This document shows positions 27,884-38,550 of a stretch of 64,000 nucleotides of DNA, one piece after another. Source of the DNA: Nitrospirales bacterium (GTDB taxonomy: Bacteria > Nitrospirota > Nitrospiria > Nitrospirales > UBA8639); the NCBI GenBank assembly GCA_031315865.1, contig JALDRJ010000002.1, forward strand, positions 701,147 to 765,146. Reading direction: 5' to 3'. The notes below the pieces were generated by a model. The model saw only the letters and a list, made by a program, of their open reading frames with translations, had not been told where the DNA came from and did no database searches. Position 1 is the first letter of the stretch. The number at the start of each line of letters is the position of its first letter. Position numbers and translations under genes: made by a program.

Positions 27884-28426
27884 TTAAGGCTTCTTCGGTG
27901 AAGATGTCGAGGGCTCATGAGACCTGTTCAAGAACCCTTGAAAATAAAAGGCGGGCACCTCGACAGCGACCAGATCATGCTGCCCGCGAAGCACCAGAGA
28001 AAGACCAGTCTGCGCGTAACGACTCACGTCTTGATCAGTCAATTGGACAGCAAAGACTTCCTTTAAACCTCCGGGAGGATCGGAAAGATGCTGCCGATCG
28101 ATCTTGAGAAAAGAAAGGGGTTCACCATCCTTACCCCTGGCATGTTCGAACAAGGCCCATCCCTGCTCTTTTTCCCGGGTTTGATGAAGATACAGTTGAT
28201 AAAAAGACAAGTCTTTGGCCGAAGCCGATCGAAGCTGGTACGTGACTAGAGTTTGCGGACTGGTTACCGGGGGTGCCTCCAACCACGTGACATTCTCGAA
28301 AGCATCGACCGTTGATGTCGTCGCCAGCCTCACTTCTTCGGAAGTCGTATACGTCGGGGAGGAGCTGCACCCGAGCATAGAAGATACAAAGACGAGAATG
28401 ATCAGCGGTTGAAAATAACGCGTCAT
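27884..28426 (-). CDS. hypothetical lipoprotein
   Basis: The signal peptide has the lipobox SMLGC. The length is 180 aa. Confidence 0.6.
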   Translation of the reverse strand: MTRYFQPLIILVFVSSMLGCSSSPTYTTSEEVRLATTSTVDAFENVTWLEAPPVTSPQTLVTYQLRSASAKDLSFYQLYLHQTREKEQGWALFEHARGKDGEPLSFLKIDRQHLSDPPGGLKEVFAVQLTDQDVSRYAQTGLSLVLRGQHDLVAVEVPAFYFQGFLNRSHEPSTSSPKKP

Positions 28427-28547
28427 GGCCCCTTTTCACTTCATCTCCCTGAAGACAGATCTGTTCTTTCAACCCGCCCAGGGAGAGATTTTCCTGCAAA
28501 ATATCTATCTTGTGAGCTTGCTGGATTCTCGGAACAAGAAGGTTCGA

Positions 28548-28566
28548 GGCGAGTGACTGGATTCGA
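28548..28566 (+). repeat. degenerate direct copy (16/19) of the 3' end of tRNA-His
   Basis: GGCGAGTGACTGGATTCGA here aligns with GGTGAGTGACGGGCTTCGA at 29586-29604, in the same orientation and 1038 bp apart. Confidence 0.4.
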
Positions 28567-28713
28567 GAATGACGGCATCTGAAACCCCACGCAACCCCGT
28601 ACACTCATAGCTTACAAAATCAACGAGAGGCATTATAGACTGTCACCCCGCATTGCGCTAGATTGACCACCGTCTCTGTAAAGCCACCGAAATTATGAGA
28701 GTATCACTGGTGT

Positions 28714-29292
28714 TCATCTATGTATGGCATTCTCCTTAAAAATGTTTTGGCCAATTGGCTTAAGGTTTGCCGTGGCACTCTGTGAATTACTCAACGTTAC
28801 AAAACACTTTTTGATTGATTGCTTATGTTTTAATGCGCTGCATGCGCGATGGAGATCTTGGGACAATTGGTGCATAAAAACGGTTCGACTCCTCAGATCC
28901 TCAGCAGTGTGGCTCATGGCTTTTGCCTTCTTTCCTTTCTTAATAGTGAATCCAACACCAGGGGAATCACTTTTCAGATGATAACCGTGAACCAACTGAT
29001 TTCGATCTTCCTTGATTTGTTCCATATATTTTTGGAAACCAGACAAAGCCTGGAGACCTTCCTTGTCGCTTGCAGCTATTGGGGAATAGGCCTTGGTAAG
29101 TTTTTCGATGAGCGGACCAGCCGTTAGATTATCTAGTTCTGATATCTTCTTCTTACTACAACTCGCATGGGTATTCGTCTCATAACAAAGTCTTAAAAAA
29201 CGACGTATATTATCCATTAGTGTCTCAAATGAAATAAGGAATGCCCCAATTTCATACACATAACGCATTTCATTAATTTGCTTCTCAGCCAT
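28714..29292 (-). CDS. hypothetical all-helical protein with an RNxxxH (HEPN-like) motif
   Basis: This 192-aa ORF lies in a markedly AT-rich stretch. Its sequence is KEDRNQLVHGYH, which contains an Rx4H motif with the polar residue after R that is common in HEPN RNases. The family assignment is inference only. Confidence 0.5.
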   Translation of the reverse strand: MAEKQINEMRYVYEIGAFLISFETLMDNIRRFLRLCYETNTHASCSKKKISELDNLTAGPLIEKLTKAYSPIAASDKEGLQALSGFQKYMEQIKEDRNQLVHGYHLKSDSPGVGFTIKKGKKAKAMSHTAEDLRSRTVFMHQLSQDLHRACSALKHKQSIKKCFVTLSNSQSATANLKPIGQNIFKENAIHR

Positions 29293-29582
29293 TAATTCGC
29301 TGTTTCCAACACCCGATCATGCCCCCACTTACGCCTAAACTTTGGCCAGGAGCGGCACAACTGTACCCATGTTCTACCACTAAAGCCACGGCTTCGCGCT
29401 TAAATTCTGGACTGTGATGCTTGTGCGTTCGTTTTATGGCACACCTCGTTTTGATCCATTATATTATCCCTAACTCGGCGTCCGAAATAGTAGGGGAAGG
29501 TCACCCGCAAGCGCAGACATCTACCAATCAAGCAAGTGCTGCGTAAAACGTTGTTTCGAAGTGGATTCTGAGAAAGAAGGGT

Positions 29583-29658
29583 TGGGGTGAGTGACGGGCT
29601 TCGAACCCGCAGCCTCCGGAACCACAATCCAGCGCTCTACCCTTGAGCTACACCCACC
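29583..29658 (-). tRNA. tRNA-His (anticodon GTG)
   Basis: The reverse complement is GGTGGGTGTAGCTCAAGGGTAGAGCGCTGGATTGTGGTTCCGGAGGCTGCGGGTTCGAAGCCCGTCACTCACCCCA. It has the His-specific extra G-1 opposite C73, a 7-bp acceptor stem, anticodon loop TTGTGGT, T-loop GGTTCGAAGCC and an encoded CCA. Confidence 0.9.
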
Positions 29659-29805
29659 ACACATTGTTGTAGTAATCGATATCTTGGAGAGGGCTGTATT
29701 TTATCAAAAGGGCAGGAAGCTCGCAAGACGGGATGGCTTAGTTGACCAAAATTCAATGCGTATGGTAAGAGTGATTCATTGTTTATCGTCACTTTGGGGG
29801 ACATA

Positions 29806-30069
29806 ATGGCTCTGAGACATCAATCTGCAATCAAGCGTGCTCGACAATCCATCAAGCGCAGTCAGCGTAACCGTTCAATCATCAGCAGTATGAAAACTGC
29901 GGTCAAAAAAGTCAGATCGGCGGTGGACCAGCAAGATGCGGCCCTCAGCCAATCAACGCTCCGAGAAGCCACGTCCCAACTTCACAAAGCCGTCACCAAG
30001 GGAGTGCTTCATCGCAATACCGCTTCCCGTCTTGTTTCACGGCTCACCACTCGGGTCAACAGCCTGTAG
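29806..30069 (+). CDS. rpsT: 30S ribosomal protein S20
   Basis: It begins MALRHQSAIKRARQSIKRSQRNRS and contains LHKAVTKGVLHRNTASR. GGGGGA lies 5 nt upstream of the ATG at 29806. Confidence 0.9.
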   Translation: MALRHQSAIKRARQSIKRSQRNRSIISSMKTAVKKVRSAVDQQDAALSQSTLREATSQLHKAVTKGVLHRNTASRLVSRLTTRVNSL

Positions 30070-30088
30070 GCCTTCTCTCACGACACCT

Positions 30089-31195
30089 CTACCTGTTTCG
30101 CGCATACGACCGTGTGCTTTCGCGCTTCGGCGCGAAGGCTCTCTTTTCAAGGCGGTTGTTTTTTGATCCGCCGCATAGCGAGATGACCAAGGCATCGAGC
30201 ACCCGCTTTGGCGAGGCAGAGGCGCTCCCCTTCAAGGCGGCGTCGGCTTGACAAAATTCATCCCAGGCAAGCCGCAGTTGCGGGTCAGACCAGTGTTGGA
30301 TCTGTCGAAAAAACTCCGCTGCCCGAAATGGCGGAATCCCCACCTCCCGCGCGATTTTGGGCTGAGCCAGGCCCTGCTGTAACAAGCTCTTCGCCTTCCA
30401 TACTCGACGAACCTGCCAGATCAAAGCCCCCAAGATCCGTAACGGCGCTTCTCCCGTCTCAAGATTCTTGGCGATGATGTGCAACGCCTTGCCGCTCGCG
30501 CCCGTCCCGATCGCCTCCGACAGGTCAAAGACAGATGCCCCGGGCTCCATTCCCCGAATCGCTTCAACATCCCGCGCCGTGGCGCATGCGCCGGAAGAAA
30601 GGTACGCGGAGAGCTTTTGAATCTCGCTATGCGTGACATACAACCCATCCGCCGACAATTCTTTCAGCATGTGCGCGGCATTCTCTTCCAATTTGACACC
30701 GGACTGGGCGGCCTGTTTTGTGATCCATCCCATACGCTGATTGTCATACAGAGGGGCACAGTCGATGAATATCGCATGCTTCTTGATTTGCTGAACCCAT
30801 TTCAGCCGTCCGTCGAGCTTCGCCGCGACGACAACCAGCGTGGTGGTCTCCGCCGGATGTTGAAAGTACGGGATTAACGCTTCGCCTTCCTTGGCCGGCA
30901 GCTTTTCAGCCCAGGTCACGATCACCAGACGCCGTGCCGCAAAGAATGACATCTCCCGCGCGATCGTGAGCACTTCAAGGGCGTCAGTTTCATCCCCATA
31001 CAAAACATCATAGTTAAAAAACTGTTCGTCCTGGGCAGCCGACCCGTCAGAAACTTCAGAGGATTGTTTGGCGGCGGAGCGAATGGTCTGAACGGCGCGA
31101 TCCCGTAGATAAGCCTCTTCCCCCGCCACGACATAGAGGGGCGCTAATCCATCTCGCTGGAGTGTGGCGGGTAATTCATGTGGCTTCACCGACAT
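30089..31195 (-). CDS. holA: DNA polymerase III delta subunit
   Basis: The N-terminus contains LAPLYVVAGEEAYLRDRAV. It sits in the conserved leuS-lptE-holA order. Confidence 0.8.
   Translation of the reverse strand: MSVKPHELPATLQRDGLAPLYVVAGEEAYLRDRAVQTIRSAAKQSSEVSDGSAAQDEQFFNYDVLYGDETDALEVLTIAREMSFFAARRLVIVTWAEKLPAKEGEALIPYFQHPAETTTLVVVAAKLDGRLKWVQQIKKHAIFIDCAPLYDNQRMGWITKQAAQSGVKLEENAAHMLKELSADGLYVTHSEIQKLSAYLSSGACATARDVEAIRGMEPGASVFDLSEAIGTGASGKALHIIAKNLETGEAPLRILGALIWQVRRVWKAKSLLQQGLAQPKIAREVGIPPFRAAEFFRQIQHWSDPQLRLAWDEFCQADAALKGSASASPKRVLDALVISLCGGSKNNRLEKRAFAPKRESTRSYARNR
30117..30148 (+). terminator. rpsT intrinsic terminator
   Basis: A 9-bp stem CTTTCGCGC/GCGCGAAGG with a TTCG tetraloop is followed by CTCTCTTTTC. 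It lies 48 nt after the rpsT stop and inside the 3' end of the convergent holA. Confidence 0.55.
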
Positions 31196-31234
31196 TGACT
31201 CGCCTTCATGAAGAAATTCAACAAAAACCTATCA

Positions 31235-31933
31235 TTATCTTTCAGGCGTCAATACTGCCGGAGGCACCGGAGAAGACGAGCGCTCACCTGGGGAACGAGG
31301 CACGTCAAGCACTCCCGGCTTCGGTTCAGCAGGTTTTGGCGTAAACACACCTTGTTCACGAGCGAACGAAAATTGATCGGCCAGGGTTTCGGCGACGAAC
31401 TGCCCGGCCTGCTCCAATGCCCGGTCTTGTAGCACCCGGTTAAACTGGATACCTGCCGTGCCGTCTCCGGTATTTGGTGAACTCCCGACAAAAAATTCCG
31501 CAGAGCTCGTCCCCGCCTTCTGCCAGAGAAGCTTTCCGGTCTTCCGGTCGTTGACTTGTACTTTGACATTCACCGTCACCCGGCTTTCCTGGGTTTGATT
31601 CTCGGTAAATGTCAGGGTGGGAAGAGTCACCGACTCAATCGCCCCCTTTAAAATATAGTCGGCATCTTGAGCATCCTGAACTATTTCCGCGCCACCGGTC
31701 ACCGTAAATTCGTCTTTGATGTATTCCGTGTACTTGTACTCCAGATTGGCTTCGAATGTTCGGTTCTCCAGCGGTTGCAACACCATTCTCATCGGAGGGC
31801 CTTCGAATTCAGGGACCGTCGCTGTTCCTAGCATGGGTCCGCTCCCTTCGACATTAAACCGATACCCGCAACCTGCCATCGTAAGAGTGATTGCAAGGAG
31901 GATGAGGACTGCACGATAAAAATGAGTGTTCAT
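31235..31933 (-). CDS. lptE: LPS-assembly lipoprotein LptE-like
   Basis: The lipobox is MAGCGYRF. It lies between leuS and holA. I set the start at the internal MNTHFY, and the track start is 31972. The C-terminal tail is P-rich. Confidence 0.6.
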   Translation of the reverse strand: MNTHFYRAVLILLAITLTMAGCGYRFNVEGSGPMLGTATVPEFEGPPMRMVLQPLENRTFEANLEYKYTEYIKDEFTVTGGAEIVQDAQDADYILKGAIESVTLPTLTFTENQTQESRVTVNVKVQVNDRKTGKLLWQKAGTSSAEFFVGSSPNTGDGTAGIQFNRVLQDRALEQAGQFVAETLADQFSFAREQGVFTPKPAEPKPGVLDVPRSPGERSSSPVPPAVLTPER

Positions 31934-32045
31934 TGGCTGAAACAGTCGGCTAGAAAATGGTAGTTCTGTCACACTTTGCTTATGGAGGTCTCTCTTTAGC
32001 TCTAATTACTTTCGGCCATCATGAATGCTTAGATGGATTTTCTCG

Positions 32046-34688
32046 CTAGACAACGAAGTTCACTAATTTTTTCTCGACATAAATGACTTTTCTCGGGGCT
32101 TTACCTTGAAGAACGTCATGGATTTTTTGATCGGCTTCGGCTTGCTTGAGGATTTGATCTTTGCTCCAATCAGCGGGGACCTGGATTTTACTCCTCAACT
32201 TCCCGTTGATTTGAAGGGGAATCGTCATCTCTGTCGCTTGAATGAGCGTCGGGTCATAGTGGGGCCACGGCTGTAACGCCACACTCGGTCGTTGTCCCAA
32301 CATTTCCCAGAGTTCTTCGGCCATGTGCGGCGCGAAGGGAGCCAGGAGCCGGACGAACGCTTCTGCCGAGACTCGCGGTAACGGGGCATCTTTTGAAATA
32401 TCTCGAACAAAGACCATGAGTTTCGAGATCGCCGTATTCAAGCCCATAACTTCAATGTCCTGCGTGACGCCCTGGATCGTCCTGGCGGTCAACCGCGCCT
32501 GCTCTTCGGTTCCAGTTCCATCGACAATCGGCGCCAACGAACCAGGCTCATTGCCATCGCCTTTGACCAGCCGGTAGGCGCGCTGCAAAAATCGGTACAT
32601 CCCCGGGATCGACTCGGATGACCACGGAGCCCCTTTATCCAAAGGCCCCATGAACATCTCATAGAGGCGCATGGAATCGGTTCCGTATTCCTGAATCACA
32701 TCATCAGGGTTCACGACATTGCCTCGACTCTTGGACATCTTTTCCGTCACTTCCTCTAGAAGCAGCCCATCGATCGTGGGATGAATCGGTTGATTCTGCT
32801 CATTCCGCCGGACAGCGTTGGCGGTCACCCATCGGGCTTTCATTTCGTCCCCGCTTTCTTTATGAATCGCCGTTTCCCCGTCAATCCTTACTTCTGACGA
32901 GGCGCACACCCTGGGAGTGACGGATGGATCATCCGCTAGATTACTGTCATAGTACCGATAGCTATACCCCAGGATCATGCCAGGATTAAGCAACTTCTGA
33001 AACGGTTCTTTCGTATGCACGAGACCAAGATCAAACAACACCTTATGCCAGAAACGGGAATAGAGAAGATGCAGCACCGCATGCTCGGCGCCGCCTACAT
33101 ATAAATCAACGGGCATCCAATATCGTTCCGCTTCGCGCGAGATGGGTTCGCGCTGATTCCGGGGATCGCAAAATCGCAAATAATACCAGCAGCTCCCGGC
33201 CCATTGCGGCATGGTGTTCGTGTCACGTACCGCCCGTTGCTTGGTGTCCGGATCGGTGACTTCCTTCCATTCGTGCGCACGGGCCAACGGAGGCTCGAAT
33301 TCTCCGCTCGGCCGAAAATCATCCAGTTCGGGAAGGAGAACCGGCAGGTCAGATTCGGGGACCAATGTAGTCGTTCCATCTTCGAGATGAATGACTGGAA
33401 ACGGTTCCCCCCAGTACCGTTGACGGCTAAACAGCCAATCACGAAGTTTGTAATTGACCGTTTTCGCTCCCTTGGCATTGGATTCCAGCCATTCAATCAT
33501 CTTGGTCTTCGCCTGAGGGGTTTTCAGCTCATCCAGGAAGTCAGAATTGACATTGACGCCTTCTCCCGTAAACGCTTCCGTCCCGGTCTTTCCCCCTGAG
33601 ACGACTTCAAGTATCGGTAACGAGAAGGTCTTGGCAAATTCATAGTCTCTCGTATCGTGCGCCGGCACGGCCATGATCGCACCCGTTCCATACGTGGCCA
33701 GCACATAATCTGCGATCCAGATGGGTAGCTTCGTGCCCAAGACGGGATGCGTCACGTACCCTCCCGTAAATACTCCTGTCTTCTTCCCGAGATCGGACAT
33801 TCGAGAACGGTCACTGCGCCGGGAGACTTCTTCGATGTAGGATTCGACGGCGGCCCGATGTTCAGGGGTCGTGATTTTTGGGACGAGAGGATGCTCCGGC
33901 GCCAACACCATGTAAGTCGAGCCGAAGAGCGTATCCGGTCGCGTCGTAAACACTTCAATTCGTTCACCTGCCAGATCACAGACGTCAAAGAAGATTTGGG
34001 CTCCCTCCGAGCGACCGACCCACTCCCGCTGCATTTTCTTAATGGGCTCCGGCCAGTCAAGTCCCTCAAGATCCTCGATCAATCGGTCGGCATAAGCCGT
34101 GATTCGCAACATCCATTGACGTAATGGCACCCGAATCACGGGGTGCCCCCCCCGCTCGCTTTTTCCGTCCTGGACTTCTTCATTCGCGAGCACCGTGCCT
34201 AACGCGGGACACCAATTCACGGGCACCTCCGCTAAATACGCCAACCCATTCTCGTAGAGTTTTCGGAAAATCCATTGCGTCCAACGTACGTACCCGGGGT
34301 CGGTCGTATCAATTTCCCGCGACCAATCGTAATCCATTCCAAGCGATTGAAATTGCCGTTTGAAATTCTGAATGTTCTTTTGCGTGGTCTCACGGGGATG
34401 CGTCCCGGTCTCGATCGCATACTGTTCTGCGGGAAGTCCAAACGCGTCCCATCCCATCGGATGAAGCACGTTAAACCCACACATGCGTTTGTAGCGGGAG
34501 ATCACATCGGTTGCGATATAGCCTTTGGGATGTCCGACATGAAGCCCGGCGCCCGATGGGTAGGGGAACATATCCAATACGTAGAATTTTGGCTTTTCAG
34601 TGTCCAATCGTGCGGAAAAGACCTGATGGTCCTTCCAATATTGTTGCCATTTGGCTTCAATCGTGTGGGGATCATAGGGTATGGACAT
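32046..34688 (-). CDS. leuS: leucine--tRNA ligase
   Basis: The 880-aa ORF has the HIGH motif ([10 protein letters not shown]), the KMSKS motif and the editing-domain signature. Confidence 0.95.
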   Translation of the reverse strand: MSIPYDPHTIEAKWQQYWKDHQVFSARLDTEKPKFYVLDMFPYPSGAGLHVGHPKGYIATDVISRYKRMCGFNVLHPMGWDAFGLPAEQYAIETGTHPRETTQKNIQNFKRQFQSLGMDYDWSREIDTTDPGYVRWTQWIFRKLYENGLAYLAEVPVNWCPALGTVLANEEVQDGKSERGGHPVIRVPLRQWMLRITAYADRLIEDLEGLDWPEPIKKMQREWVGRSEGAQIFFDVCDLAGERIEVFTTRPDTLFGSTYMVLAPEHPLVPKITTPEHRAAVESYIEEVSRRSDRSRMSDLGKKTGVFTGGYVTHPVLGTKLPIWIADYVLATYGTGAIMAVPAHDTRDYEFAKTFSLPILEVVSGGKTGTEAFTGEGVNVNSDFLDELKTPQAKTKMIEWLESNAKGAKTVNYKLRDWLFSRQRYWGEPFPVIHLEDGTTTLVPESDLPVLLPELDDFRPSGEFEPPLARAHEWKEVTDPDTKQRAVRDTNTMPQWAGSCWYYLRFCDPRNQREPISREAERYWMPVDLYVGGAEHAVLHLLYSRFWHKVLFDLGLVHTKEPFQKLLNPGMILGYSYRYYDSNLADDPSVTPRVCASSEVRIDGETAIHKESGDEMKARWVTANAVRRNEQNQPIHPTIDGLLLEEVTEKMSKSRGNVVNPDDVIQEYGTDSMRLYEMFMGPLDKGAPWSSESIPGMYRFLQRAYRLVKGDGNEPGSLAPIVDGTGTEEQARLTARTIQGVTQDIEVMGLNTAISKLMVFVRDISKDAPLPRVSAEAFVRLLAPFAPHMAEELWEMLGQRPSVALQPWPHYDPTLIQATEMTIPLQINGKLRSKIQVPADWSKDQILKQAEADQKIHDVLQGKAPRKVIYVEKKLVNFVV

Positions 34689-34972
34689 GACGTGTTATCC
34701 TAACAAACAGAAGACACAGCACAAGGATTCTCGCGCATCTTAATGGTAGTCTGTTAACCAGAATGCTATGCGAGCAAAAAGTGATCGATATCTAGGAATG
34801 GGTGAATTCTTGAAAACCCTCGAAATCTAGCATACCTTGTGAAGAGCGACAAGCTGCGACCCTCGATCGTCAGCCGTCGGAAGAAAGGCGTGAAAAAAGA
34901 AATGGAAAGCGCCAGGCAACCGGGAAGAAGATGTGCAAAAAACGTGAGAGGAGAGCCGGGAAAGGTTCAGAG

Positions 34973-35209
34973 CTATTTTCGGCTCAAAACCGCGACCGGA
35001 GAAGGAGTTTTATTCGAAGGAGGGGAGGAGATAGCCTCGACTAGCTCTCCATGAGCTCGTTGAGCCTGTCGGTGCTTCAAGATGAGCGGGTCTATCACCT
35101 CTCCACACATAAGACAGCGCCAGCCTGGCATCCAAATTTCACCACTTTCTTCCATGTCGAGGAAGTAATCGATGACCATCGTTCCTTGACATCTCGTACA
35201 GTTCATCAT
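34973..35209 (-). CDS. small zinc-ribbon protein (hypothetical)
   Basis: It carries CTRCQG...CLMCG (2 x CxxC). I chose the start at MMNCTRC, which has GGAG 10 nt upstream. The track start is 35284. Confidence 0.4.
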   Translation of the reverse strand: MMNCTRCQGTMVIDYFLDMEESGEIWMPGWRCLMCGEVIDPLILKHRQAQRAHGELVEAISSPPSNKTPSPVAVLSRK

Positions 35210-35557
35210 GTGCTTCAAACTCCATCCATAATTATTGACCGTGGCCTCTCCATCGGTCATTCGGCAAAAGAGCTTAAATGGCAAGAATACAAGTATTGCG
35301 GCGCAATCCTTGAATCTCGTGCAGGATTCGAGAGATTGGTGTTATCATTCACGGATTCACCACTGATTTGCGGCAGATTTCTCAGCCACAACACGTATCC
35401 GGCGTTGCTCCATGGACAGGACCACCTGAAAAAAAGAGCCATTCTCCAGGACCGCCCCATCGTTTGTCCTTGGCGTATTGCGGTTTCCTTGCTCAGTGGT
35501 AAGATACAAAAAACTAAATCCAGCCAACCCAGGTAAAGAAATTCAGGCTTCAAGACT

Positions 35558-35794
35558 GTGCAATTTTCCCGCTTCGTGATTCGATTTTTCTTGCTCCCTC
35601 CGCTCATGTTCCTTGCTTCCTGTGCGAATGGACCAACGACGGTGTATTGGCAGAAAGCGGGGTCAGACAGCGCAGCGTTAGAACAGGACAAGGCTGAATG
35701 CCAGGCCCTTCAACGATCAGTAGGCGCTGATGAGTGGAGGATTCATCAATGTCTCGAGGTCAAAGGATGGACACAGGTTCCAGAAAAACCATGA
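35558..35794 (+). CDS. small lipoprotein (hypothetical)
   Basis: It has a GTG start and a signal peptide with the lipobox FLASC. The length is 78 aa. Confidence 0.45.
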   Translation: MQFSRFVIRFFLLPPLMFLASCANGPTTVYWQKAGSDSAALEQDKAECQALQRSVGADEWRIHQCLEVKGWTQVPEKP

Positions 35795-35912
35795 TCCATT
35801 GAAAACACCGAGATACGAGGCGGGATTAAGGAAGGGTGACCAGTCGCACGGAAAGCCTTACATCAAAGAGAGAGAACGACAAACGACAGTGCCAGTCACT
35901 CTGGTTTTTCAA

Positions 35913-37517
35913 TCAATGACCGGCAGGGCTCGAGACGCTCAACGTGTGATGATTGATAAGATCGTTGGCATAATAGGTGGCGGTCGCCGCATCGAGGACG
36001 TAATACACGCAGATATAACCCACGACACTCATGCTAATAGTGTAGGGTAACGCCATCCACACCATACGGCCGTAAGACAACCGAACCAACGGGGCAATCC
36101 CTGAGGTCAATAAGAAGAGGAAGGCTGCCTGACCATTGGGCGTCGCCACGCTGGGGATATTCGTTCCTGTATTAATGGCCACGGCCAGAAGGTCAAATTG
36201 ATCCCTACTAATCACCCCATTGGCCAAGGCCCGCATCACTTCGTTGATATAGACCGTTGCGACGAAAACGTTATCACTGATCATCGAAAGCAGGCCATTC
36301 GCGATATAGAACATCCCGATTTGCTGGGCTCCTTCGAGGCTTAACCCATACTGAATAATGCCTCCGAACAAATTTTGTTCTTGAATGACTGCCACGATCG
36401 CAAAAAAGACGACAAGCAAGGCGGTGAAGGGTAACGCCTCGCGAAACGCTTCGCCTAGATGGTGTTCTTCGATTATTCCGTTGAAGGCCGTCGTCAAAAC
36501 GATAACGGAAAGACCAATAATCCCGACCTCCGCTAGATGAAACGCGAGAGCAATGATAAGCCACCCCCCAGCGATGGCTTGAATAATCAGTCGTGCCGTT
36601 TCGATGGTTTTTCGATTTTTGGTTTGTTCATTGTCAAAACTCCAGAGGATTCCGCGTACTGATTCCGGAAGTTGATGACCGTAATCAAACCAGCGAAGTT
36701 TTTCCAGGAGCACCGACGTCGCGAGCCCGATCACGAGTACGGGCATCGTCACCGGCGACATTCGTACAAAAAACTCCGCAAAATGCCAGGACGCCTTATC
36801 TCCGATCAAGAGATTCTGAGGTTCTCCCACTAAAGTACAGACCCCTCCGAGCGCTGTCCCGACAGCTCCGTGCATCAGAAGATTTCGAAGAAATCCTCGG
36901 AATTGCTCCAGGTGTTCCCGATTGGCCTCAAAGACAACCTCATCAGTCGTAGGATCATGATCAGCATCATACGTTTTCCCTGAAGCCACCTTATGATAAA
37001 TGCTATAAAAGCCCGTCGAGACCGCGATAATCACAGCCGTCACCGTCAACGCATCGAGAAAGGCCGAAAGGAACGCCGCGACAAAGCAGAATAAAAACGA
37101 CAGAAGCGCTTTCGACCGGACCCCCAACAAGATTTTTGTGAACGTAAATAGCAACAGTTCCTTCATGAAATAAATGCCGGCCACCATGAAGATGAGCAGA
37201 AGAATGACTTGGAAATTATTCAAGGCTTCGTGATACACCGTTTCAGGGCTCGCCATCCCGATGGCCACCGCCTCAATGGCCAACAAGCCGCCAGGTTGAA
37301 GCGGATAACTTTTCAACGCCATCGCCAGGGTAAAGATAAATTCAACGATTAGAACCCAGCCGGTGAAAAAAGGGCCCATCGTCAGGGATAACAAGGGATT
37401 CACCAGCAAAAACGCGATAATGACGATTTTATACCAGCTTGGCGTATGGCCGAGAAAATTATGAGAGAACGCCTCAGACAGCGGCCCCTGCTTGGTTCGA
37501 GTTACGGTAGATGACAT
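35913..37517 (-). CDS. nhaB: Na+/H+ antiporter NhaB
   Basis: The 534-aa polytopic protein has the N-terminus [23 protein letters not shown], which parallels E. coli NhaB ([22 protein letters not shown], recalled from memory). Confidence 0.85.
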   Translation of the reverse strand: MSSTVTRTKQGPLSEAFSHNFLGHTPSWYKIVIIAFLLVNPLLSLTMGPFFTGWVLIVEFIFTLAMALKSYPLQPGGLLAIEAVAIGMASPETVYHEALNNFQVILLLIFMVAGIYFMKELLLFTFTKILLGVRSKALLSFLFCFVAAFLSAFLDALTVTAVIIAVSTGFYSIYHKVASGKTYDADHDPTTDEVVFEANREHLEQFRGFLRNLLMHGAVGTALGGVCTLVGEPQNLLIGDKASWHFAEFFVRMSPVTMPVLVIGLATSVLLEKLRWFDYGHQLPESVRGILWSFDNEQTKNRKTIETARLIIQAIAGGWLIIALAFHLAEVGIIGLSVIVLTTAFNGIIEEHHLGEAFREALPFTALLVVFFAIVAVIQEQNLFGGIIQYGLSLEGAQQIGMFYIANGLLSMISDNVFVATVYINEVMRALANGVISRDQFDLLAVAINTGTNIPSVATPNGQAAFLFLLTSGIAPLVRLSYGRMVWMALPYTISMSVVGYICVYYVLDAATATYYANDLINHHTLSVSSPAGH

Positions 37518-37822
37518 ACGTGTAAACTCACACGGTTCGGCTCAAAAACAGCTATAACCAGGATGAAAGTGAGGAAGTGTCCTTGCTACATGAAGATTGT
37601 GACTTGAAGTGACTCGCCAATATACCAAAACTCGGTATCTTGACGTAACTCCTTTATACGCACCATCTCCATTTTTCTCATGATCGTATGACGCCATTCG
37701 TTTTAATGGGGTATCAGACTCGCACAACTCATTAGTTGAAATCGTTGAAAGAAGAAGAAAGACACGAAAAGCGGCTCAGGGCCACGAGGGGCGGTTCATG
37801 TTCTGATGAGGGATGACGCTCC

Positions 37823-38398
37823 TTACTCGAGCGGAATTTGAATGACTAGGCCCCCCATCACATCATTGAGTTTAAAGTCGCGCTTTGGCCCATCTGGATG
37901 ACTATTGTGACACGACACACAGGCTCGGCTCACCGCACGATCAGGATAGACAGCCTTGAAATACCGCTTGCCGTCAACCATCACTTCTTTTTCCACGACT
38001 TCTCCATATTCCACGACCTGTTCAAGAACCGTTCGTTCAGCTGGAGAAGATGGAGCATTTTGAGGATTCAGGGGCCAAAGGCTCACCAATCGGTAACGAA
38101 AGGGTGTGCCTCGAACATGAAGACTCCTGGAGGCTTCTCGAAGAAATTGCACAGGCAAGGGCAGGGTCTTTTCTTTCCTCCACTCCTCGGATGACGTCAC
38201 AATCAGCATAGCCTCCATTCGCTCGACGACATGCTGGGTATAGAAGGTCCGATCAGCGTCGATCACCGCCTGAAGATAGCTCGCCACCGTTCGTGCCGGT
38301 ATGCTATCGCTCGGGGGGATCGTCCCACCCACCACCCAACCCACTGCAAAGCACAGCGAGGCGATCAGAAAAGAAATAATGAGGCTTCGTCCATTCAT
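37823..38398 (-). CDS. DUF3365 (Tll0287-like) protein with a CxxCH c-type heme motif
   Basis: It has an N-terminal TM or signal anchor. The motif CVSCHNSHP...K.D...VMGGLVIQIPL lies at the C-terminus. Confidence 0.7.
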   Translation of the reverse strand: MNGRSLIISFLIASLCFAVGWVVGGTIPPSDSIPARTVASYLQAVIDADRTFYTQHVVERMEAMLIVTSSEEWRKEKTLPLPVQFLREASRSLHVRGTPFRYRLVSLWPLNPQNAPSSPAERTVLEQVVEYGEVVEKEVMVDGKRYFKAVYPDRAVSRACVSCHNSHPDGPKRDFKLNDVMGGLVIQIPLE

Positions 38399-38550
38399 CG
38401 ACCGCCCATCACACTGGCCACTCTCTCTACGAACATCTCTTGCATCATGGTCAACAGGCTCGGGTTCATTGTAGCGGAATCAGCTCTCACTCACCATATA
38501 AAAATATCCTACTGTTTTTGGAAGTTGACCGTGACGCCGTGTTCAATGCG

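Noticed and set aside
28131-28604. A 157-aa minus-strand ORF overlaps the lipoprotein gene.
   Set aside because: It overlaps 27884-28426 in another frame. The lipoprotein ORF has a clear signal peptide and lipobox, and this ORF has neither.
29371-29399. A D-arm-like string (minus strand GCCGTGGCTTTAGTGGTAGAAC) near tRNA-His suggested a possible tRNA fragment.
   Set aside because: I could not build D, anticodon or T stems around it. It is retained only as a curiosity within the islet.
29400-29806. Track ORFs 29400-29627 (minus) and 29591-29806 (plus) overlap the tRNA.
   Set aside because: They run through tRNA-His and the rpsT promoter/leader. They have no SD and their sequence is not protein-like.
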